Assembly: GCA_040772485.1 (NCBI GenBank)
Contig: JAXGYC010000010.1
Coordinates: forward strand, 320,001-384,000
Direction: 5' to 3'
Source: Sedimentisphaerales bacterium
GTDB taxonomy: Bacteria; Planctomycetota; Phycisphaerae; Sedimentisphaerales; Anaerobacaceae
Length of the DNA stretch: 64,000 nt
The position numbers and the translations under genes are program-made. The notes below the pieces were generated by a model. That model did not search any database, was not told the origin of the DNA, and worked only from the letters and a program-made list of their open reading frames with translations. This document shows positions 10,819 through 20,250 of the stretch, one piece after another; position 1 is the first letter of the stretch, and every line of letters begins with the position of its first letter.

Positions 10819-11140
10819 CGAACAGTCTCCTTGAGAAGATCGTTTACCGGCCCTGCATGAAAACCTGTACTATACGGACCGGTCGAACCGAAGGCAAGCA
10901 TTTTTTTGCACCGCCTTGGGAGATATTCAAACGCTTCTTTCGGTCGCAACCGGCCCCCAGGAGGGCCGGCGGGAGACCTCCGCCCGGGACCGCAACAGGC
11001 CCCCTGCCCCGGAAACTTGCCAGCGACCGTTTGAATTCTGCCCGGGACCCTGGTATTCTGGGGTTACGGAACAATCGGGGCCCGTGCCGGAAGGACGTGG
11101 CCAAGCGGCTCCGCACCTCGATGCAAATGGGAGATTTTGA

Positions 11141-12640
11141 ATGAGTGGTCTCTTTGGCGTCGTCTCGGAAGCCAATTGCAGCGAAACCCTCTTCTACGGC
11201 ACCGACTACCACTCCCACCTGGGCACGGAGTTCGGCGGTCTGGCCGTCCTGGGCGACGAGTTCTCGCGGCGGATTCACGACCTGAGCCAGAGCCAGTTCA
11301 AATCGAAGTTCTTCGACGACTGCCGGCAGATGATCGGCAAGAAAGGCATCGGGGTCATCAGCGCCTCCGAAGAACAGCCGATCTACCTGAACTCGCGGTT
11401 CGGGCCATTCTGCCTGGCCACCGCGGGCATGGTGGAGAACGCCGAGGAACTGGCCGCCCGGCTTCTGCGCAAGGGCATCTCGTTCTCGGAGGTCGGCCGC
11501 AAAGGGGTCAACACCACCGAACTGATCGGCAAGCTCATCAACCAGGGCGCCGACCTGGTCGACGGCATCGAGAGGATGTTCAGCATCATCGAAGGGTCGT
11601 GCTCCCTGCTGCTGCTGACTCGAGCGGGCATCCATGTCGCCAGAGACCGGTTCGGCTACACGCCCCTGGTGGTGGGCCGGGGCAAGGGCTCCTGGGCGGT
11701 AACCAGCGAGTCCAGCGCGTTTCCCAACCTCGGGTTCGAGACCGTCAAGTACGTCGAGCCGGGCGAGATTCTGCTGATCAGCGAAGACGGCATCGTGCAG
11801 CGCAAAGCCGGGCGCAAGCGTCCCGTCCAGGTGTGCACGTTTCTGTGGATCTACACGGGCTTTCCGGCCTCGAGCTATGACGGCATCAACGTCGAGGTGG
11901 TCCGCGAGCGAAGCGGCTGTCTCCTGGCCAAGCGGGACGGCGACATCGGCGTGGACATGGTTTGCGGCGTCCCCGACTCGGGACTCGCCCACGGACTGGG
12001 CTATGCGATGGAATCGGGCAAGCCGTTCCGCCGGCCCCTGGTCAAGTACACGCCGGGATACGGACGCAGTTATACGCCCCCTTCTCAGAAGACGCGAGAC
12101 CTGATCGCCAGGATGAAGCTGATCCCCATCAAAGAGGTCATCGAGGGCCACCGTATTGTGCTTTGTGAGGATTCGATCGTCCGGGGGACCCAACTGAAGA
12201 ACTACGCGATCCAGAAGCTCTGGGACTGCGGCGCCCGGGAGGTGCACGTCCGGGCGGCGTGCCCGCCCCTGCTGTTCCCCTGCCGCTTCAACCTCTCGAC
12301 CCGCTCGATCGACGAGCTGGCCGCCCGCAAGGCCATCCGCCGGATTGAAGGGCACGACATCGTGGACGTCTGTCCGTACATCGATCCGACCAGCGCCAAG
12401 TACGAGCAGATGGTCGAGGTGGTCCGTCAGGACCTCGGCGTCACGACGCTGCGTTACCAGACGGTGGACGACATGGTCGAAGCCATCGGCAAGCCCAAGC
12501 ACCAGCTTTGTCTGTACTGCTGGACCGGCCAGTGCCCGGAGTCCGCCTGCCGACGCAGCGCGATCGACATCGTCGCCACGAAGAAGCGACCGCGCAAGAG
12601 CAGTCCCGTCGATGACTCGGTTCAGCAGCAGCTCTGGTAG
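11141..12640 (+). CDS. purF: Amidophosphoribosyltransferase (PurF)-like, N-terminal Ser variant
   Basis: Ntn-like N-terminus MSGLFG, RDRFGYTPL, GVPDSG, EDSIVRGT PRPP-binding loop, Fe-S-type Cys pattern ending CLYC. Confidence 0.85.
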   Translation: MSGLFGVVSEANCSETLFYGTDYHSHLGTEFGGLAVLGDEFSRRIHDLSQSQFKSKFFDDCRQMIGKKGIGVISASEEQPIYLNSRFGPFCLATAGMVENAEELAARLLRKGISFSEVGRKGVNTTELIGKLINQGADLVDGIERMFSIIEGSCSLLLLTRAGIHVARDRFGYTPLVVGRGKGSWAVTSESSAFPNLGFETVKYVEPGEILLISEDGIVQRKAGRKRPVQVCTFLWIYTGFPASSYDGINVEVVRERSGCLLAKRDGDIGVDMVCGVPDSGLAHGLGYAMESGKPFRRPLVKYTPGYGRSYTPPSQKTRDLIARMKLIPIKEVIEGHRIVLCEDSIVRGTQLKNYAIQKLWDCGAREVHVRAACPPLLFPCRFNLSTRSIDELAARKAIRRIEGHDIVDVCPYIDPTSAKYEQMVEVVRQDLGVTTLRYQTVDDMVEAIGKPKHQLCLYCWTGQCPESACRRSAIDIVATKKRPRKSSPVDDSVQQQLW

Positions 12641-12702
12641 AGCGTCCATCGATTTGCCAAGTGACATCGCCACCAAATCGGCAGAAGCCGTGGAGACCGC
12701 AC

Positions 12703-14238
12703 ATGAGACGGATCCATAGCACGAGACGTCAATTCCTGAAAGCGATGGGTGCGACCGCCGCTGCATGGAGCATCCCATCGGCCCATGCAGCCGACGCATC
12801 GGACGCGATCGTCGTCGACCCTACGCCGCGCTTCGAGCTGTCGCCGTACCTGTACATGCAGTTCATGGAGCCGTTGGGCACCACCGATGGCTCGGTGGCC
12901 GCCGCCTGGGACTTCGGACGCGACTGCTGGCGAGAGGACCTGATCGACGTGACCCACAGGCTGGCTCCCACGATGATGCGCTGGGGCGGCTGCTTCAGCT
13001 CCTACTACCGATGGAAGGAGGCGGTCGGTCCTCGCGAAAAGCGAGTGCCGATGCTCAATATGTGCTGGGGCGGCCTGGACACCGGGCAGGTCGGCACGGC
13101 TGAGTTCGTGGACTTCTGCCGGCAGGTGGAGGCCGACCCGCTGATGTGCGTGAACTTCGAATCGGACGGCCGCAAGTACTGGCAGAAGGACCCCAAGGGC
13201 AGCGTCCGCACAGCCGGGCCGGAGGAAGCGGCCGAATGGGTCCGCTACTGCAACGATCCGGACGACCGGCTGCGACGCTCGCACGGGATCGAGAGACCCT
13301 GTCCGATCCGCATGTGGCAGCTCGGCAACGAGACGTCGTACGACCGCGACGGCTACGACTGCGAAACGGCCGCCAAGCGAACCGTTGCCTTCGCCAAGGC
13401 CATGCGGCAGGCCGATCCCAAGCTGACGCTGATCGGCTGGGGCGACAGCGGCTGGGCCAAACGAATGCTCGAAATCGCCGGCGAGCATCTTCAGTACATC
13501 GCCTTCCACCACATGTTCAACCCCGATCAAGGCCAGGCCGATTCGCCCCTGCGCGACACGGAATACCGCAAGGACCCGGCGCGGACGTGGGAGCACCTGA
13601 TGAACGCCCACAAGATTCACGACAACCGCATCCGCTGGATGCGCGAGCAGGTGGGCGACGACCCGACGCCGCTGGCGATGACGGAGTGCCACTTCGCCGT
13701 GCCGGGCCGCAACCGGTGCGAGGTCCTGTCGAGCTGGGCCGCCGGCGTGGCCAATGCCCGCCTGCTGAACGTCCACGAGCGGCACGGCGACCGGCTCAAG
13801 ATCGCCACGCTGGCCGACTTCTGCGGAACGCGCTGGCAGGTCAATGCGATCATGATTCCCGTCCCCGGCGGGCCGTCCTTCATGATGCCGGTGGCGCGGG
13901 TGATGTGCCTGTACCGCCACCACAGCGGCGACCGGGGGGTCGATGTCACGCGCACTCCCGACGGGCTCGACGTCACCGCCAGCCGGCGGGCCGACCGCCT
14001 GTTCCTGCACGTGGTCAACACGAACCGCCGGCAGTCCGTATCGACGCAGATCGCGGTCGCCGGGATGCGCATCGCCTCGGGGCAAGTCTTTGAACTGACC
14101 GGCGATCCGGAACACGAGATCATCCGCGACGAGCCCAACGGCGTGGTCCTCTCGGAGAAGGCGCTGCCGCAGGATGGCCGCTGGAGCTTCCCGGCGGCAT
14201 CCGTCTCGGCGGTGGAACTGGACGTCCAGACGGTTTGA
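12703..14238 (+). CDS. Tat-exported GH51-like alpha-L-arabinofuranosidase
   Basis: TRRQFLK Tat motif, MRWGGCFSSYYRW, WQLGNE, MTEC, C-terminal FPAASVSAVEL beta-sandwich. Confidence 0.8.
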   Translation: MRRIHSTRRQFLKAMGATAAAWSIPSAHAADASDAIVVDPTPRFELSPYLYMQFMEPLGTTDGSVAAAWDFGRDCWREDLIDVTHRLAPTMMRWGGCFSSYYRWKEAVGPREKRVPMLNMCWGGLDTGQVGTAEFVDFCRQVEADPLMCVNFESDGRKYWQKDPKGSVRTAGPEEAAEWVRYCNDPDDRLRRSHGIERPCPIRMWQLGNETSYDRDGYDCETAAKRTVAFAKAMRQADPKLTLIGWGDSGWAKRMLEIAGEHLQYIAFHHMFNPDQGQADSPLRDTEYRKDPARTWEHLMNAHKIHDNRIRWMREQVGDDPTPLAMTECHFAVPGRNRCEVLSSWAAGVANARLLNVHERHGDRLKIATLADFCGTRWQVNAIMIPVPGGPSFMMPVARVMCLYRHHSGDRGVDVTRTPDGLDVTASRRADRLFLHVVNTNRRQSVSTQIAVAGMRIASGQVFELTGDPEHEIIRDEPNGVVLSEKALPQDGRWSFPAASVSAVELDVQTV

Positions 14239-14253
14239 CAGGAGACCTGGCCG

Positions 14254-15423
14254 ATGACCGCCATGCACAACACGCGACGCGATTTCCTCCGGATGGCCGG
14301 TTGTGTCGTGGGCATCATACCCGCGATGCAAGGGCGGGACGCCCTCGCCACAACACCTGCTCACGCGGCGGAAACTCAAAACGAGGAATCCGTGAGCGAG
14401 GAGTTCTTCATTCGCCGCGACGAGCTGACGCTGAGATTCCGCCATACGGGGGCCAAACGCCGCCTGTCGTTCGCCAAGTTCAAAGGCACGCCCCAAGCCT
14501 GGCGAGAGGCGTGCCGCGACAAACTGGCGGAGCTGATCGGCTTTTCGAAGCCGGCGCCATGTCGGGCGAGGCTCGTCCGCGCGACCGAGCACCAGGGCGT
14601 CCATATCGAGGCGTGGGTGATGCAGGTCGATGAGAGCCTCTCGATTCCCGCTTACCTGCTGTCTCGCGAGGCGAAGGCAAGGCGCGACAGAGCGGTCATG
14701 ACGATTCACGGCCACGGCGCGGTCGAGCCCTGCGTCGGCATGCACGACGACTACCATCACCAGTTCGCCCTGCGGCTGGCCCAAGCCGGCCATCTCGTGC
14801 TGTGCCCGGCCCTGCGAGGGTTCGGCCCGCTGGGCGACGTCGCGTTCGGCGACCCGGACTGTTGCCTGGACTACTGGCGGTCGGAGCGCGGCCGGCAATT
14901 CACGCTGGTCTCCGACGCGTTCCTCTACGGCCGGACCGTGATCGGCCAGACCATCGAGGACCTGCTGCGCTGGGAGACGTGGCTGGCTGAGCATTGCGGC
15001 GTGCGGACCGTCGACGTCGCCGGCATCTCTTACGGCGGCGACCTGGCGGTCACCTATCCGGTCTTAAGCGAGCGGGTCGGCAGGATCTACGCCAGCGGGA
15101 CGATGGGCTCGTTCGAGGGCATCTTCTCGCGCTGCTACAACGCGCCGGCGCACGGCATCCCGGGCGTCTTGAACTGGATGGACCGCAGCGACGTCGCGGG
15201 CCTGAACGCCCCCCGTCCGATCCGCCTGCACTATGGCGAGCTGGACAAGCCGGGGCCGGACAACAACTCGGCCTCCTACAACGAGACCGTGCAGCCCGCC
15301 CTCGCAGAGCTGCGTACAATCTACAGGGCGTTCGGCGCCGAGAGCAAGGTCAGCCTCCACGTAACGCCCAACTCCTGGCACGAGATCGACAACGACGACC
15401 TGCGGCAGTTCCTCGCAACCTGA
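14254..15423 (+). CDS. Tat-exported alpha/beta hydrolase (acetyl esterase/dienelactone hydrolase-like)
   Basis: TRRDFLR, IHGHG oxyanion motif, GISYGG nucleophile elbow, C-terminal Asp/His (GELD, WHEID). Confidence 0.8.
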   Translation: MTAMHNTRRDFLRMAGCVVGIIPAMQGRDALATTPAHAAETQNEESVSEEFFIRRDELTLRFRHTGAKRRLSFAKFKGTPQAWREACRDKLAELIGFSKPAPCRARLVRATEHQGVHIEAWVMQVDESLSIPAYLLSREAKARRDRAVMTIHGHGAVEPCVGMHDDYHHQFALRLAQAGHLVLCPALRGFGPLGDVAFGDPDCCLDYWRSERGRQFTLVSDAFLYGRTVIGQTIEDLLRWETWLAEHCGVRTVDVAGISYGGDLAVTYPVLSERVGRIYASGTMGSFEGIFSRCYNAPAHGIPGVLNWMDRSDVAGLNAPRPIRLHYGELDKPGPDNNSASYNETVQPALAELRTIYRAFGAESKVSLHVTPNSWHEIDNDDLRQFLAT

Positions 15424-15546
15424 CAGCCCTCCTCAGGTCCATCAGGTGTGCCCTTGACCATACGCAAAGGGACGGCTCTTCCAGACGAACGACGAAACCC
15501 TCAACTGGGACGTCTGAGCCAAGGGCGAGCCTGAACCTCTCCGTTT

Positions 15547-16467
15547 TCAGCGCGCGGGGGATGAATGCGCAAACATATGGGGGTCGTGGACCAGGAGCGA
15601 GTCCCTGTCGTTCAGTGGCCCGTGCGTCGATGAGTACACGGGCATCGTGCCCTTTGCATCGCCCCTATTCATGTTGACAGACTTGTTGTAGATATTGTCG
15701 TTGTCGAGGCCACAGGAGGAACGATGCTCAAATGACGCGTGCCCGTCGAGAAACAGGACGTTCTGCCCGTCTCTCTGATGTGAGACGGAGTTGCCCATGC
15801 GCGCCGTCCTGACATTGTTACCGTACGGAGCGACATCGGGCATGAAGATCGCGAAGTCTCCGGCAGCAGCCGCAGGGCTCATGATCCAGGGATTGCGGTC
15901 GGCGGCCACGGCGAGGTTCGGATCGCGCGACGTGGTCAGGCCGTACCTGCCGAAAGGAATGTGATAGGTGTAGCTGCAGTTGTCGGCCGGGGAGGCCCCG
16001 AAGTCCCATGCGTCCGCCAGTTTGAAGTCCGCTCTGAAGACTACTTCATCGGCAAGTTTGAATTCCGTCGTACCCCTATCGGCCGGGCAGACGAACATTC
16101 GAGGCTGCACCTGGGAGTACTTGACCAGCAGGTAGAAACACGAACTGATCGTCGCTTTGCCGCCCTTTCCATCGGGCGGAATGCTGTACGCCGTCTCGCG
16201 GTCCGGAGCCTTCCACATCACCGGCCCGTTCCACACCGAATTCGGATCGCCGGCGCGAGGTAGAGCGCCATCGTGTTCGCTCGCGTAGACCAGCATAGCC
16301 TTGCCGATCCGCGCCAGGTTCGCCCTGCACACCGCCCGCGTCGCCTGGTTGCGCGGCATCGACGCCAGCGGCCGGGCCAGGACCAGCAAGAACACACCCA
16401 CCACGATCAGCGCCAGGACATCCACCCGCGTCAACCCGCTCGATCCGCTTGGCCTCGTCATCGCCAT
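15547..16467 (-). CDS. Planctomycete pseudopilin-like protein (prepilin-type N-terminus, H-x-DG C-terminal motif; DUF1559-like)
   Basis: GLTRVDVLALIVV.., CRANLARIGKAMLVYA, SYTYHIPF, ADRNPW, HQRDGQNVLFLDGH. Confidence 0.8.
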   Translation of the reverse strand: MAMTRPSGSSGLTRVDVLALIVVGVFLLVLARPLASMPRNQATRAVCRANLARIGKAMLVYASEHDGALPRAGDPNSVWNGPVMWKAPDRETAYSIPPDGKGGKATISSCFYLLVKYSQVQPRMFVCPADRGTTEFKLADEVVFRADFKLADAWDFGASPADNCSYTYHIPFGRYGLTTSRDPNLAVAADRNPWIMSPAAAAGDFAIFMPDVAPYGNNVRTARMGNSVSHQRDGQNVLFLDGHASFEHRSSCGLDNDNIYNKSVNMNRGDAKGTMPVYSSTHGPLNDRDSLLVHDPHMFAHSSPAR

Positions 16468-16602
16468 GTTCCCTCCAAAAGGCTCTCCCAGGCACACACC
16501 CCGTCGCACAGACCATCGTTCGCGCCTCTGCTCACAACAGAAGCTATTCTACCCCATCCCGCGTCCGAAGGGCAAGACCCATCGACACACTCCGCAGGCT
16601 CT

Positions 16603-16672
16603 CGTTCGTAGTGTGCCCGTGAGGGCATACCCAACCACAGACGGGATAACGCCTGACGGCGTCACTACGAAC
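16603..16672. repeat. GTAG-type REP doublet (REPIN-like)
   Basis: GTTCGTAGTG...CACTACGAAC outer inverted repeat, each arm with its own small palindrome (TGCCCgtgaGGGCA; ACGCCtgacGGCGT). Confidence 0.6.
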
Positions 16673-16700
16673 AGGCGGGCAGACAGGGCAACACGAGAGA

Positions 16701-18734
16701 TTACAGGTTGTCCTGGAGGGCTTGGATGTCCTTATGGGTGCCGCTGACGAGCATCCGGTCGCCGGCGCCGAAGGCGTAGTCGGCGTTGGGCGTGACGAAG
16801 CGGGCGGGCCGGCCTTCCTGGAGCTCTCTGACGATGAAGACTGAGACGCGGTAGCGGGACCGCAGTTGCAGCTCGCCCAGCTTGCGGCCGGCCATCCACC
16901 GGGGCACTTCGATCTCGGTGACGATGGTGTCGCCGCCAATGTGGAGCGTCTGCGACTGGTCGTGGGCGGCGATGCGGGCGCCCAGCTCGACCGCGATGTT
17001 GCGGTGGGCCACCTCCTGGTTGTAGCGACGCAGCACGTCACTGTGGACCACCGAGCCGACCAGGCGGCCTTCCTCGTCGACCACCGGCAGCCGGTCCAGA
17101 CCCGTCTCGGCGAAGCGGTCCACGACGGCGTCGAGCGACTGGGTGACGCGGACCGGCACGATGGGCTCTCTGAAATCCATGATGTCATAGGCGTGCCGCA
17201 GCTCGTCCGGATCGCTGAGGATGTGCTTGAGGTTCTGAAGCGAGATGACACCCGTCAGCCGCCCGCGATCGCCGAGCGTGAAGATCACGTTGCGACGCAT
17301 CTCCAGGGCCAGGCGGACCAGCGCATCGAACGGCGCCTTTTCGGAAACGGAGGCCTCATCGGTGCGCAGCACGGCCGCGACCGGTATGGCGCGGAGCACG
17401 TTGAGGTCGTCCCCGTGATGGGTCTGGATGCCCACGCGACGCAGCTTCTCGGTGTAGATGGACTCGGCGTTGAGCTTGCGGAATACGAACGACGCCATGA
17501 CGACGGTGAACATCAGAGGCAGCAGAATGGCGTATTCGTTGGTCATCTCGACCAGGACGACAATCGCCGACAGCGGCGCCTGAATGCAGGCGCCGTTGAC
17601 CGCGGCCATGCCCACCAGGGCGTACGCGACGGGCGAAGCCGTCAGGCCAGGGAACAACTGGTTGACGGCCTGTCCGAAGGCACCGCCCAGCATCGCGCCG
17701 ATGAACAGCGAGGGTGCGAACACGCCGCCGGAGCCGCCCGAGCCGACCGTGATCGCGGTGGCGACGATCTTCAGCACCACCAGCAACAGCATCAGGCTCA
17801 GTGCCATCTGCCCGTCGAAGAGAACGCGGATCGATTCATAGCCGACCCCCATGATGTGCGGAAAGAAGATCGCGGCCACGCCGACCAGCAGGCCGCCGCC
17901 GGCCGGACGAACCCACTGCGGGATCCGGGTCTTCTCAAAGAGGTCTTCGGCAATGTAGATGCTTCGGGAGAACGCCGAAGCCACCAGACCCGCAGCGAGA
18001 CCCAGGACCAGGTACAGGCCGAACTCCCAGTGCGAGACCATCGTGAACAACGGCAGCGTGAACTCCGTGATGTTGCCGTGAAACTGACGCGTTACGGCGG
18101 TGGCGCCCACCGCCGAGACCAGGATCGGAGTGAAGGCGCTGAGGCCGAAATCCGCGACGATCAATTCCATCGCAAACAACGTACCGGCCATCGGCGCGTT
18201 GAACGTCGCGGCGATGCCCGCCGCCACGCCGCAGCCGACCAGGGTCTTGAGCTGGACCGGATGAAGTCGAAGCACCTGCCCTACCGTCGAGGCAATGGCC
18301 GCGCCGATCTGCACGATGGGCCCTTCCCGACCGACCGATCCGCCGCTGGCGATGCTGACAGCCGACGCGAGCGACTTGACGACCGCCACGATCGGGCGAA
18401 TGACACTGTTCCGCGTGATCACCGCGATCATCACCTCGGGGACGCCGGGACCTCGGGCCTCGCGGGCCAGGAAGTAGATCAGCAGACCGACGATCGCGCC
18501 CCCTGCCGCCGGCAGCAGCAGCCGGCGGTACCAGGCCACCGCGAACAACGCCTCCGGCGATACGTCCGCCTGCGACCAGAACACGACCTGAAACAGGAAG
18601 ATCAGCTTCTTGAACAACAGGGCGCCGAAGCCGCCGAGGATGCCGACGACGACCGCCAGCAGCAGCATTTCGGTGGCCGGCGTCAGCTTCAGACGCCGGA
18701 GAATCGATTGTCGCGTGTTCCAGATCCTTCGCAT
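16701..18734 (-). CDS. ClC family anion channel/transporter with CBS pair and C-terminal RCK_C (TrkA-C) domain
   Basis: GPGVPE, GREGP, FNAPMAG, GGVFAP, ESIYT; CBS LPVVDEEGRLVG; GRKLGELQLRSRYRVSVF RCK_C. Confidence 0.92.
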   Translation of the reverse strand: MRRIWNTRQSILRRLKLTPATEMLLLAVVVGILGGFGALLFKKLIFLFQVVFWSQADVSPEALFAVAWYRRLLLPAAGGAIVGLLIYFLAREARGPGVPEVMIAVITRNSVIRPIVAVVKSLASAVSIASGGSVGREGPIVQIGAAIASTVGQVLRLHPVQLKTLVGCGVAAGIAATFNAPMAGTLFAMELIVADFGLSAFTPILVSAVGATAVTRQFHGNITEFTLPLFTMVSHWEFGLYLVLGLAAGLVASAFSRSIYIAEDLFEKTRIPQWVRPAGGGLLVGVAAIFFPHIMGVGYESIRVLFDGQMALSLMLLLVVLKIVATAITVGSGGSGGVFAPSLFIGAMLGGAFGQAVNQLFPGLTASPVAYALVGMAAVNGACIQAPLSAIVVLVEMTNEYAILLPLMFTVVMASFVFRKLNAESIYTEKLRRVGIQTHHGDDLNVLRAIPVAAVLRTDEASVSEKAPFDALVRLALEMRRNVIFTLGDRGRLTGVISLQNLKHILSDPDELRHAYDIMDFREPIVPVRVTQSLDAVVDRFAETGLDRLPVVDEEGRLVGSVVHSDVLRRYNQEVAHRNIAVELGARIAAHDQSQTLHIGGDTIVTEIEVPRWMAGRKLGELQLRSRYRVSVFIVRELQEGRPARFVTPNADYAFGAGDRMLVSGTHKDIQALQDNL

Positions 18735-18923
18735 GGGCCTCCGGGGTACACTTCAGCCGTTTCTCGATCGCTCCAGGACGGTCCCGGTGTGAGCACTCAA
18801 ACGGCATGGACGCGGGGAGTATACGACCTGCCTGCGTCGGCGGCAATGCCTTGTTCGCGCACGGTTCTGTCGTCGGCCGGGCCTCGTGGCTTCCGACTTC
18901 GATGGGGCAGGTGGCGTTCTGCC

Positions 18924-20036
18924 TCAGGAGCGAGCCGACATGCGGTTCGAACGCGGACTGGACGGCCGCTCCGGGCGATCGTTGGGCCGGTCCGACGCGA
19001 AAGACTCGAAACGTCCGAAGATCATCTTGCCCGCCGACGTCTGCAAGGAGCTGGTCACGCTGATCTGCACCTCCCGCCCGATCTTGTTGCGCCCCCCTTC
19101 GACGACGATCATCGTGCCGTCGTCGAGATAGCCGATGCCCTGGTCGGCTTCCTCGCCCGGCTTGACGATCTTGACCTGCATCGCCTCGCCCGGCAGGGCC
19201 ACCACCTTGAGCGAATTGGCCAGATCGTTGATATTGACCACGTCAACGCCGCGAACCTGGGCGACCTTCGTCAGGTTGTAGTCGGTGGTGACCAGGCGTC
19301 CGTTGTGCACCTTGGCAAAGACCATCAACTTCTGATCGACACCCTTGGCCTCCTCCGTCTCGGCGACGGCGGTCTCGTCGATCTCCACCTCGATCACCTG
19401 GCTGGACTGCATCTTCTTAAGCACGTCCAGACCGCGACGGCCACGGTTGCGTTTGAGTTTGTCGGCCGAGTCGGCGATGAGCTGCAGCTCGTTGAGCACG
19501 AACCGCGGCACGATGATCGGCGCGTCGAACAGACGGCTCTCGGACAGGTCGTAGATGCGACCGTCGACGATGGCGGAGGTGTCGAGGATCAACGGGCGCG
19601 CCCCCTTGGTCTGCTTGGCGAACTCGACGTACGGCACGACGAAGCGGAAATCGTCCTTCGTGCGCATCACGATGCTGATCGTGAAGTAACAGATGCAGAT
19701 GCCCAGCATCCACTTGATGGCGACCTTGGCCGGCTCGACCATCTGAATCCGATACGATTCGCCAATCATGTCGACGGCGCTGGCCAGGGCGCCGCTGATC
19801 ATCATGCCCACAAGAAGGCCGAAAAACACCCCCGCCAACGCGCTGAGTTTGCGCTTGGGCGTCAGGACGTCCAGGAAGAAGAAGAAGATGGTCAGGCCCA
19901 CGCCGCTGATGACCACCGACCACCAGCTCGCGGAGTTCTCGGTTGTGCTCAGCTCGACCGACGAGGCGTTGACCACCAGCACGGAGACCACAATAACGAT
20001 GAACACCCCACGAAACAGCCACAATAGCATCGCCAC
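18924..20036 (-). CDS. PIN/TRAM domain membrane protein (YacL family)
   Basis: 4 TM segments, LDTSAIVDGRI, RGRRGLD, TTDYNL, GIGYLDDGTMIVVE, QTSAGKMIF. Confidence 0.92.
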   Translation of the reverse strand: MAMLLWLFRGVFIVIVVSVLVVNASSVELSTTENSASWWSVVISGVGLTIFFFFLDVLTPKRKLSALAGVFFGLLVGMMISGALASAVDMIGESYRIQMVEPAKVAIKWMLGICICYFTISIVMRTKDDFRFVVPYVEFAKQTKGARPLILDTSAIVDGRIYDLSESRLFDAPIIVPRFVLNELQLIADSADKLKRNRGRRGLDVLKKMQSSQVIEVEIDETAVAETEEAKGVDQKLMVFAKVHNGRLVTTDYNLTKVAQVRGVDVVNINDLANSLKVVALPGEAMQVKIVKPGEEADQGIGYLDDGTMIVVEGGRNKIGREVQISVTSSLQTSAGKMIFGRFESFASDRPNDRPERPSSPRSNRMSARS

Positions 20037-20160
20037 GACCTTTCAATGATCGTCAGTCCGTTCGGCAATTCTTTCATTATAGCCATCGGCTGCGCTGTCG
20101 GCAACCACGACCTCCTCCGCCCGCCCTCGTGGAATTGCCGCCCGCGTACACGGGTTAGAC

Positions 20161-20190
20161 AAAGGGCTCTCCTGCCTGGGGGAGAGCCCT
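20161..20190 (-). terminator. Hairpin/terminator after rpsA
   Basis: AGGGCTCTCC...GGAGAGCCCT inverted repeat with short T run on minus strand. Confidence 0.6.
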
Positions 20191-20250
20191 GAAAATCGCT
20201 TCAGGCGGCAAGCGATGCTGCCCGCCGCGTTTCTACCGGTCGGCCGGTTC

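Noticed and set aside
18740..18860. Fluoride riboswitch upstream of ClC
   Set aside because: No crcB-motif consensus seen, only a TTGCCG-17-TATACT promoter-like sequence; the ClC lacks CLC-F signature motifs
16866..20027. 1053-aa plus-strand ORF
   Set aside because: Antisense shadow of the ClC and PIN/TRAM genes; typical of GC-rich codon bias, no recognisable motifs
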